Below are positions 54,385 through 64,000 of a DNA stretch of 64,000 nt, piece by piece (the first letter of the stretch is position 1; every line of letters begins with the position of its first letter). A program made the translations under genes and the position numbers. The notes beneath the pieces were generated by a model. It did no database searches, was not told where the DNA came from, and was given only the letters and a program-made list of their open reading frames with translations. This DNA is from Balanoglossus misakiensis (lineage: Eukaryota > Animalia > Hemichordata), in contig CM082596.2 in NCBI GenBank assembly GCA_040954595.2, positions 7,704,468-7,768,467 on the forward strand. Reading direction: 5' to 3'.

Positions 54385-56392
54385 TTAACGCCTCTTGGTC
54401 ATTAACTACGTTAATTTGCAAAATTTGAATTCAAGTCCAGAGTAGAATTCATGTCAACAATAACAATGGTACGTTTATTACACATACATGTACACAGCTA
54501 TGTTGACAAGTGCAGTCCTGGGTATATCAATAGCATGCTGTTTGGAGTAGAGCAGCAAGACATTGCATTTGATACACAGAACAAAAATACTGAAAATTGA
54601 GCCAAATTTTCAGGTAATGTCCCTTTAGGAGAATTGGTCAAAGTGTAGAAACCTTTCTTTTTAAAAAAAATGAAGTTTACGCGGCGTGTTAATGAAATGG
54701 TAGCAGCAAAGTGAATTTTGTAAAAGATGGCGAATATGTGCCACAGAAGTTGGGTTTTATAAAAGAAATGCCGCCAAACTACCGCAAACTGCAAAATATG
54801 TAAAGCAATTGATCGTTCACGGTACTGTCGGCATATAGCCACAGTGAAAAATATCACTTTTGTTATAGCCGGCAACAACAAACAAATTGGCAGTACCGCA
54901 GACCCTGGGTCTATAGCGGTACATATGCAATTATAGTTTATGGTCTCAGTTATTGAAATTGTGTTCCTCAACTCTTTTGACTATATCAAAGTTACCTATC
55001 GCAGCATGCGCACTTAACAGCTACCCGGTACATGTCACGAGATCATTGATACATTAATAAAAGATGACAGCTAGGCCTGGTGATTCAGTTCATAGCAATT
55101 TTTTTCTGCCAAGAACACGCTTGTTTTGGTGCCCATGGTTACATGAGATCTCTAATTACGCTTGAAGGCCGCCATTGATTCAGCAAACGACATGTTGCTG
55201 GAGTCACGGCCTGTCAGAAAAATTAAGAAACGGCAACTTGTGGTCGCTTCAGTCTGAAATCGGAAACCGCCTCATCACTGTCGACTAGAGTTACATTTAT
55301 ACGTGTTTCAACGCAGATTATCTGGTGGACTTTCGACTTTTCCCCCCAGTAATATGGAAGGACGCAAGACATGAAAAAAACCCGCAACAATGTCAAGATC
55401 TGCGTGTCATGCCTCGCTAAAATTAGACAGTCATTTTCATAGACAGTAGATTAGCCCACTAGTCGGGGATGTTTGGAATCTCAATACTTGTTGTGTGTTT
55501 GCCACGTTTTTGTTTTTTGTTTTTGTATATCTCAACACTTTTGTGTGCATGCATGCTTGCTTTGAGCGTGTTTCTGGTAGTCAGAGTTGTGTTTCGAATT
55601 TGGGACTGCGAGCTCATGGGCCTACGCGTTCCCTCGATGTACATACGCGCTCACACTCACTGACTTTTACTCCACACACACTACATAAGCGGAACAAGAT
55701 TTTAAAATGTATTTATGGAATAATAAAGCCCTTAGACTTGGAGCAAGTCTAATAGACAACCTGTGTGCTGCATTCTGATACATTGAAAAATGTTTCCATA
55801 ATGCCCCTTATAATGGCAGTTTTCGCCTTAATGATACCACCCGATTTGATCTCAGGTTTTATCAAAAGTTAAATTTAGTGGAATGTAATCCACTTCTACG
55901 ATTATCTCCTGCTATAGTAATCTTCCCAGCCCAGAGTGTGCTAGAGTCGTTCATGCGTGTAACGTTAAGATGCACGAGTCTATATACCGCACATCAAGAA
56001 CTACAATCTTGAAACAAAGATACGTAAATAAAGAACCGTCACATTTAAGAAAACAAATCTTTGAGTAGCCGTATCGTAAATGACTTTCCAGTGCAGAATT
56101 CTTGTTCTTCTCTGCCTCTGGATAGCTGAATTTTTTATTTGTTTGATAAATACAATCGGGGGCCAAACTCAATGGTATAATTTCGAGACATTCATGTCAG
56201 ATTGGCAGTTAATATATCTGGATGCTTAACGTTCAATTTTGGGGATATATGTTGAGGGAGTATTAAAGGGAATGTAGGTTTAATAAATGAATCAATAAAG
56301 TCAAACAAAACGAAAAGTGATAACTCACAACGGTCACACAAAAAGGGATATACACATCTTCGTCTTCTGTTCACAAAGATTACAGGGTCAGA

Positions 56393-56559
56393 ATACACCC
56401 TTTTCTAGTGCCCTCCTTCAGCCATCATGAATTTGAACTCAAAGTGAGGCCAGTAGGGAAACACCCTTGCTGTGATTGGTCAACTTTCCCCATTGGCCTC
56501 GCTTTGAGTTCAAAATCATGATGGCTGCACGAGGGCGCTAGACTATGAAAAGGGTCTAT
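56393..56559. mobile_element. Fold-back (hairpin) MITE with ~70 bp arms
   Basis: ATACACCCTTTTC..TAGTGCCCTC..CAGCCATCATGAATTTGAACTCAAAGTGAGGCCA pairs with TGGCCTCGCTTTGAGTTCAAAATCATGATGGCTG..GAGGGCGCTAG..GAAAAGGGTCTAT. Confidence 0.85.
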
Positions 56560-56788
56560 CGCACATGCTTCAAATTCAGCTTGATACACTTAAACCACTC
56601 TGTTCCAGGAACCCGAATATGTTACCCCAATTCGCGACTTCAGCCTAAGGAAAGCTTAATCCAACGATATTAAACTTGCAATCTGAGATTTGACATGTAT
56701 TTCCTAATGCTCGGGGATTTCTGCAATGAGTCTTATGCCTTTCTGTGAACAGCCATTAATACTGAGATTAGTGGTTGGTTTCATGTTA

Positions 56789-57555
56789 GGCTGCATTCAC
56801 AAACACCTCTGGAGGGGGGGGCAGGAGAATTGAGGGGGGGGATTTGAAAAAATTGAGGGTATGTAAGGGGGGGGATTTGAAATAATTTAGCGACTGAAAG
56901 GGGGGGACTTGAAAACTTTAACGACTAAATATTTATTTTGAGTCCACAAAAATGCAGTTTCGCGCCCTTTATTTTACAAAATTTTCTAATGTGGGAGGGG
57001 GACACCCCCTCCCACACCCACCCCCTCCATTCATCAACACCTTTCAATCATTGACTGGTTTATCTAGTGTCCCAGGTCAGGGGACTTGCCCCACCCCATG
57101 ATAACTTTGAGCAGCGACGGTTAAATTTGTCCTTCCCAACATACCGGTAGTTGAGTTAATTTGCTTTTGCCGGGTTCATTAAAATGCAGCTTTGAGCTCT
57201 GTATTTTAGAAAATTTTCTTACGTGGGAGGGGGACACCCCCTCCCAAACCCACCCCCTTCAATTCTCGGTTTACAATGTCTCCCAACACAGAATACAAAT
57301 ATATGTTCTTAAAAAATAAAAACAATGTTCAGTTTTAATACCCACTGATGAGGGGAAACATCAGTTTCAAATTCTTTTCATGGGAGCGCTGTTTTTCTTT
57401 TTACAAGAAAATGGGGGGGGATTTCAAAATTTTGGCAGTTCGGAAGGGGGGGATTTGAAAATATTGGCAGTTCGGAAGGGGGGCATGTGAAAATTAGCGG
57501 TAAAAAAAATTGAATTCTCCCGCCCCCCCCTCCAGAGGTGTTTGTGAATGCAGCC
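56789..57555. mobile_element. PIF/Harbinger-like non-autonomous element (767 bp)
   Basis: TTA|GGCTGCATTCACAAACACCTCTGGAGGGGGGG...CCCCCCCTCCAGAGGTGTTTGTGAATGCAGCC|TTA: perfect TIR of over 30 bp and a 3 bp TTA TSD. Subterminal GGGGGGATTTGAAA repeats; internal hairpin GGGAGGGGGACACCCCCTCCC twice. Confidence 0.93.
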
Positions 57556-58759
57556 TTATCACAAAGTGGTGTGATTTATTTAGGGATTTCTTAACGTTTG
57601 GAAACTTTATACTCGTGGAAGCGTCTCCTTGCTGTTTCATCCAAGACGACAAAGTGAACAAATGGTTAAATGTTGCCTGGCCTCGCTATTTTATATTGGC
57701 AATTCGATCTTGTAAAAGTGGTTTAATCGGAAATCATGTATTTGCTAAACGGTACGGATGTTCATCAGACAAGTACACAGAGTAAATTTTTTGTAATATA
57801 CTGAAAATAATTGATCTGTCCGTTGAAAAATTTCCCGCCATTTGTCTGGCAAAATTAAATCATTTTTAACCTAAAGGAAGTAAGTCATCATTTTAGTTAA
57901 AGGGAAGCGGTTGTCGCGCTGTGTAGGTGTCCCCTTCGATGAGAATATGGCCTCCCATACCAGCACAAACCCCACTGCAGTCGCCACGACCTACTAGGAT
58001 CTTCAGTTGCTGTCATGCCCAGTCTACGCTACGGTTGGCTGCTTCGTTCATTCTACGAATTATCTAATTGCAGGGATTTGTGGATGAATTGTAATGTGTA
58101 TAAACAAACAAACGCGGTGCGATGACACCTTTACTTTAACGTTCAATTTTTACCAAACTTCCGCGAATTCAGCTGTATCGCGTTAATCAACCCAATGATA
58201 TCTTATTGCTGATTATAGTCCCTTTCTTGGTATTGGAGTCGTGCGCTTGGAGAAGAACATCTACCCAAAATAGAGTCTCTTACTCAATAAAAATGCTAGC
58301 GACTTTTTATCACAGAACTTATTCTCCTTTGTGTACTGCAACAGAGTACGTGGCATCTTGTTTGATGAACCGGGAACCTTCCAACGGGCAATGTTAATCC
58401 CATACGGATTATAACAAAAGTATTAAGCAGACTTGGAAACTATCGTACCTTCCATAACAGTTAATCCTCACCGCAGCAAAGGACAAGGTCGCAGTCCTTT
58501 TCTCGTTTGGAGGGGGGGCGTGATTAGAGTTGGTGGTCACGTGTTAGCTTTATGACTTTCGGTCTGTATGTGGAAGTGGGGCACAGTCACCTCTCATAGG
58601 AATGCCTGTAGTTTGTGTGAATGTCATGTCATTCATGATGATTATTTTGTCACTGGGCAAGTTTACATTTTGGCATTGCTACTCAACTATTCCTGCGTTA
58701 TGATACTGTATTAACTCCTACAATTGTTATTTTGCTAATAAACCTACATGTACTTAGTT

Positions 58760-58978
58760 ATTGAGCGAGTGAGTTAGTGTGTGAGTGAGTCATCAGGTAA
58801 AGGTGGCTGAGTATATGTGATTGAGTGAGTGCATGAGTGAGTGAATGAATGAGTGTGTTTGTGTGTATGTCTGTGATTGATTGATCCAGCGGTCGAGCGA
58901 GTGAGTTGTTAGGTGAGTGTGTGTGTCTGATCGAGTGAGTGAGTGAGTGAGTGAGCGAGTGAGAGAGAGAGAGAGAAG
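58760..58978. repeat. Degenerate (GAGT)n/(GA)n microsatellite
   Basis: Directly visible. Confidence 0.88.
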
Positions 58979-60842
58979 AAGGTATTAAAGCAGGTGAGTC
59001 ATAAAGTAGGCAAGGAACATGAATGACCAGAGGAAGTCAAGGAAGGAAGGAAGGCAGAACCAAAGAAACTGAATGAATTTGCACCCGTAATCTCAAACTT
59101 ATATGTATTTACACAATGACTGAACATCCACAACTGCAATTAGTGCATGAAAAGAACCTCTACTGGCTGCAGGGTATCATATAACACAATTTGAAACGAA
59201 GAACCGAAAGGCAATGGGTATAAATACATCAAAGTATTCTCTATAGACATCATCAATTAGCTAAATTTAAAGGAATATTTGGCGCCGGAATTCCTATTCT
59301 TTGCGTCTCTAGATTTCCACATTCATAACACCTTAAAACCCTCTGGAGATTTAACGTATAATAACGTGCGTAGCCATTGGAACCAAAGCAATCAAGAGTC
59401 ATGCTGATTGACGTTCCGTCAATCAATCGATTACTGACGTAGACAAATTAACAGCAGAGAATGTATGCATGCATGTACATGTATGTTTGCATGTATGTTA
59501 TCTAGTATGTCACCAAGGCAACCATCGTGTCTCTGTTCAAAACTTGCCCAAAAGTTATGTCATGTGTTAGTTTAATGTGATGTGTTAATCGGAAATTGGA
59601 AAAAAAAATGTCCAAGAAGACCGAGTGGAGTGAGTGTGTTCACTGATAGCGTCAAAGCCACAATTTTGCAAGATTATTACATGAACGATATAAATACAAG
59701 TCAGATGGACCCGTGGGGCCTGTTTCTCGAGAAATGCGTTTGAAAAAATATACGAATGACAGAAGAAATAGTTGGATGAAAGTAGGGGGAAAAGGAGTTC
59801 CGAATGAGATTGAACAAATGTACATGATCTCAACATGTTGCACTTACCCAAGTGAATTAAAGATCCTACTTGTCTTTTCTTCGTCTTTTATGCGTTTTGA
59901 AAAACTTGACGAGGAAATATGCAGAACTTCTTCAGTGGTGTAACGTGAACGTCCTTGTCCTTGCTACTGTCTTCGTATGTACTCCACAATCTGTCTTAAA
60001 TAGGAATTAGTATAATATACCGTACGACGACGATATCTCGTTACCCAATATTACTAAACTTGACGTGCGCTTGCGCGCTATGCGACACGACTCTGATGCT
60101 CCTCCTTGATTATATATCAAGTTTCTGAGAAGCAAGTGATTTTTACTCTGGAGAAAGCTGAAACGGCAATAGGTAACTGGAATTGAACAGAGCCTCTGGG
60201 AGTTGACATGGAGACAGAGATTTAAAAAACATCGAATTTCCTACTGGGTTACACTGCTTTAGGCCTAATAATAGTTTGCTCTGATTTTACTGATCTGGAT
60301 AAAGAAGTGTGTTGAGTTCAGCATTTTTGTGACCTTGTAGGCCTATAGTATGTTTAAGTATTCAAAAACATTCTCGAAATGGGTCAAAAAGAGAGAGTAA
60401 CCAAGAAAATGACTTGTGACGAATACTTGTGTAATAATCTGAATCGCCATGTCTTGTTGCAGACATACTGATATGTACTTAATCCCTTTTATGACATTTG
60501 GTGGAGTCAATCGACTGGGACACTGTTCGTATGCGCAGAGGGCCTTAGTACAGGTCCCAGCCTGTCTGCTATGATGAAGTACAATTCTGTCTTCAAAACA
60601 AAATTGGCAGCACTGTGCCACATTTTAGATCACACGACGGAAACTATCGCAAAAAAAAAAAAGAAACGAAACAAGGAATTCTTTATTTTTTTGTAGTTTT
60701 AAGCCCTGGGCGTAGGCCTACATGTACATAATGCTTTTATACGTAGTTGAAACAATGGAAGTCGGCATATTTTGGAATTAACGAAGAATTGGAATCCCTC
60801 CGATTAAAAATTATAGTTGATTCAGTTTATATTCATCTTTTA

Positions 60843-60930
60843 GGGACCGTTCAGTTTTTACGGCAGGGGGGGGGGGGGGCGGCAAGTTTGTGTCATCGGT
60901 TCTCAAAATCAGGCCGACCCCCCCTTCACC
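60843..60930 (+). mobile_element. Solo Harbinger-like terminus
   Basis: TTA|GGGACCGTTCAGTTTTTACGGCAGGGGGGG has the same TWA-GG..G-tract layout as the elements at 25288 and 56789; no partner end found. Confidence 0.35.
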
Positions 60931-61461
60931 CTGGGGTACATAGGCCTAGACCCTACCAGGATTCAGTGGAAATATCACAACTGTGGGAAATATGTAGGCC
61001 AATACGCCCTGCGCAAATGAGACCATAACAAGCGTATATAATTTACCCAAACACAAAACTTTATTAATATCAAAGATAAGAGCTTATGTGGTTAGCAACC
61101 AACTGCTTTTCCTAATTGAGGTATTTGCAGTTTCCATGGAGACACATGTCAGCTCTGCTACACAACCGGCCGGTATAAAAATGGATATGATGAAAGATGT
61201 TTTCCTTAATGTAACTGAAAGTATATATGCGTCGATTACCCGGTTGCAAATATATCTATGATAGAGTTCTATTCAGGCCTAATAATCGATTCACAAACCA
61301 CATGGCACGAAACACAAGCAAGTCGGCCATTTTGCTGCATTACATTACTAGTCTCAGTTACCCAGCAGGAAGTCTGGTTGTACCATGCAGCTGTTATATT
61401 CATTCATGTCCACAAATCATAACTGTCCAGGTACGTTTATCATAAGTAGAATAGGATGGTT

Positions 61462-61535
61462 ACCCCCTGGATTTTTCCCCACCAGACTTAAAGATGTGGT
61501 CTGTAGTGTATCTGGTGGGTAAATGTCCAGGGGGT
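61462..61535. repeat. Imperfect 25 bp inverted repeat (hairpin)
   Basis: ACCCCCTGGATTTTTCCCCACCAGA pairs with TCTGGTGGGTAAATGTCCAGGGGGT. Confidence 0.7.
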
Positions 61536-61799
61536 GTGTGACCTAGAGTCATGGTCATCACGTTAGTCTGTAACATATGGCATATCTACTTCACTCTTGA
61601 TCACAGCGATGGCCAAAATGGATCAGACACCCGAACTGACAGTCTCCATCAATTTCTCAGCCCTCGCTGTCTTCCACAGGCAAACTATGGGGGCACTTTG
61701 ATCAGCAAACAATTAAAAAAAATGAAATGTACTCCTGGAAAATTGAGTCAGTTACAGTCATGCTACAAACACAAAAAGATGTAATTCACTAAAAAAAAC

Positions 61800-62460
61800 T
61801 TGAAAAATTTGGTAAATTCCTTCTAGGAAAAATTGTCCTGGAAATATTTCCAGGATGATCACTTGAAAATTTCCCTGAAAGTCCTGGAATGGAAAAAAAC
61901 TTTGAGCACTTGAATCCCGGCATTGTAAATCAAAGATATGGGAACATTGCAAGGGAAATTAAGTGAGACATGTTGAATTTAGTCTCTGATTCATTTCCAC
62001 TGTCGCCGTAAGATTTTCCTTTGAACTTGTGTGCATGCATATTTGATTTGGCAATCATGTTCACTATACCCACCAAGGAAAAAATACGTTTTGAGGAATT
62101 TAGGGATTTGGGGAGATCTGTCTTCACCACTGACTGTGCTGATGTTCTTTACGTCGTTGTTTGATAAGTATTGATGTCAATCCGGTGCTGTGAAGGAAAG
62201 CAAGGAATTTGTTTTGCTGTCATCCCCCCGGATTAACTGCAAAGTGCTTCCAGCCACCGTGATCTTACCAACACTTTCAGAGAAAATTGGGTGTAAGCTT
62301 TCAGGGAACCATATTTTGCCTGACCTACATTGGCGTGCATCAATCAACCCGGACTCAATTTCTCTGTCTGCAGCCATGCAATTGCCTTCACTTACGCAGA
62401 AATAGTGGGGGGAAATGATTAGATGTAATTCCTGGAGTCTGCGGAGTCGACTTAACCAGT
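61800..62460 (+). pseudogene. Decayed long reading frame, possibly transposase-derived
   Basis: One + frame has only ~5 stops in ~220 codons: ..NQRYGNIAREIK*DMLNLVSDSFPLSP*DFPLNLCACIFDLAIMFTIPTKEKIRFEEFRDL..SLFDKY*CQSGAVKES..LSGNHILPDLHWR.. Family not firmly recognised. Confidence 0.3.
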
Positions 62461-63644
62461 GACTAATTTATCAATTTCGTATGTAATCCATCGTTCAGTA
62501 TTTATTGCTTTTATGTAGATTGTTATATCACCATAAATTCTGGTGGCAGAGACCAGAGTGATTGTCATAGAGCTCAAGCACAGGCATTTTACAATGTACT
62601 CATTTTCTATGTCATATATCATTGTACAGTTTAATCAGTATATATTGTTCCTCTTTAATCATTACAATTGTTCCACGTTGTTGTTTTAACTGTTGTGGTA
62701 GGACCTGTCTAGGGAAAACTAAACAGAAAGAGACGCAGGCATTTTGCGGTAGTAGCTGTGTTATTAAAAAAAATGTTCAAATTTTTTAGATCTGTGTGAT
62801 TGTCAAGTTTTTTATGTACATCATATGCTTTGGTATTGTCGTCAACTCTGTGCAACTCGGACAGTATCTCCAATATACTCAGACATAAATCCTGGTGTTT
62901 TGTGAATAACCTTATAGTATGCTGGCTGCATTTCAGCATCTGGTAGATATTAGATTTCGAAAATGAAAATGATGTATGCAAAAGACAAGTTCTGAGGAAA
63001 GTATAGTTCTTAAAAGAGTGATGCATTTAGGTACATGTACCAATTAGAATGTGCAGTCCCGCAGGTATAAGCCTCAATGATAACTGGTATATATTTTTCT
63101 CCCCTTTGTTCCAGATTTCCAATCCTGACAATGTCAGTCCACCATCTTTCTGAGTGTCCTCTGACATATACCGAGATGTCGACGATCTGTTGAAGGATGT
63201 CCAACCAGAAACCCAGACCGACAATGTCACAGAAACCAAACCAAGAGAATCTGTGCAGAGTGACATGGGTTGTTTCAACTGGTTTATGGTCATTTGGCTT
63301 TAATCAGATTGGGGACATTTAATACCAAATCAGGAAGTTTTAACAAACTTGTTGCAAGTACGCCCTCGACGATAAGGGCAATTTGTTCTCTTGATGTCCA
63401 AGTAAATTTGCATATGATTTATAAGGCTATTCAGATGCTAATTTTAAACTTTGCATATAAATGTTAATTTAGGTGCTATGCATTTTTTGTCGTTTTATTG
63501 TAAAATAAGAGAAATTAGTCCTGTTTCATGAATCCTTGATCTAACAATTTGTTGTTTTAATATTGACAGCTTTAGTATTTTCTCCATAGCTTTGATTTAA
63601 TGACAAATAAAACACGCGACCTTGATTGAAGAACAACCTGTCGA

Positions 63645-63668
63645 CCAAACCATACATAAAGTTTTGTT
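63645..63668 (+). promoter_or_regulatory. Candidate snRNA proximal sequence element (PSE) of the U2 gene
   Basis: AACCATACATAAAGTTTTG lies about -60 to -42 from U2 +1, the usual PSE position, and loosely resembles the vertebrate TCACCNTNANTNAAAAG consensus. An octamer ATTTGCAT at 63406-63413 (about -300) could be a distal element. Confidence 0.45.
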
Positions 63669-63707
63669 GAGCTTGATACCGTCGAAAGTTCCGGGCCGAC
63701 AGCCAAT

Positions 63708-63895
63708 ATCGCTTCTCGGCCTTTTGGCTAAGATCATGTGTAGTATCTGTTCTTATCAGCTTAATATCTGATACGCTGCTCACCGAGCAGCTCGATATTA
63801 AACTGATTTTTGGAAACGGGCCATGGAATAGGGGCTTGCTCCGTCCTGGCCACGGATCGACCTGGTATTGCAGTACCTCCAGGAACGGTCCACCT
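63708..63895 (+). ncRNA. U2: U2 spliceosomal snRNA, full length (~188 nt)
   Basis: 5' end ATCGCTTCTCGGCCTTTTGGCTAAGATCA; branch-point recognition sequence GTAGTA; stem IIa TATCAG..CTGATA; stem IIb GCTGCTC-ACC-GAGCAGC; Sm site ATTTTTGG (63806-63813); stem-loop IV with loop TATTGCAGTACCT; 3' end GGTCCACCT. Confidence 0.98.
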
Positions 63896-63904
63896 CACAA
63901 TTAA

Positions 63905-63918
63905 ATCAAAAATAAGAC
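63905..63918 (+). terminator. Candidate snRNA 3' box
   Basis: A-rich ATCAAAAATAAGAC about 10-20 nt past the U2 3' end; position and AAA..AGA form fit a 3' box. Confidence 0.4.
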
Positions 63919-64000
63919 TTGAAAATGATTTCTGAAAAGTGGAAAGCACTGAAATTCTCTTCATACAAAGTGTGTTAGTCAGTTTGGATTGTTAACCACA

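Noticed and set aside
62709-63026. 105 aa minus-strand ORF
   Set aside because: No recognisable motif or splice support; cannot be distinguished from chance or a TE relic.
63095-63303. Strong splice acceptor as an intact coding exon
   Set aside because: Stops in all three frames within ~50 nt; kept only as part of a relic.

Overview
Eukaryotic, AT-rich (roughly 60-65% AT by eye), gene-poor animal DNA, most likely a marine invertebrate (an invertebrate deuterostome is a guess from repeat style and U2 sequence). No intact protein-coding gene can be supported; the long ORFs in the track are microsatellite artefacts. The one clear gene is a full-length U2 snRNA at 63708-63895 (+). The rest is non-coding: non-autonomous DNA transposons with readable TIRs/TSDs (Harbinger-like, two Kolobok-like copies, Tc1/pogo-like, a 2.8 kb element with subterminal arrays, palindromic MITEs), decayed LINE/coding relics, many microsatellites (including a 1.7 kb higher-order (CATA)n array), and several CpG-rich promoter-like and homeodomain-site-rich enhancer-like blocks, consistent with a gene desert or giant intron. 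The most striking unexplained signal is a family of TA-bounded palindromes (TACATGTA x22, TACCGGTA x7, TAGGCCTA x4, hand counts) that stack on shared TA dinucleotides and abut (TACA)n arrays; their form matches Tc1/mariner-type excision footprints.
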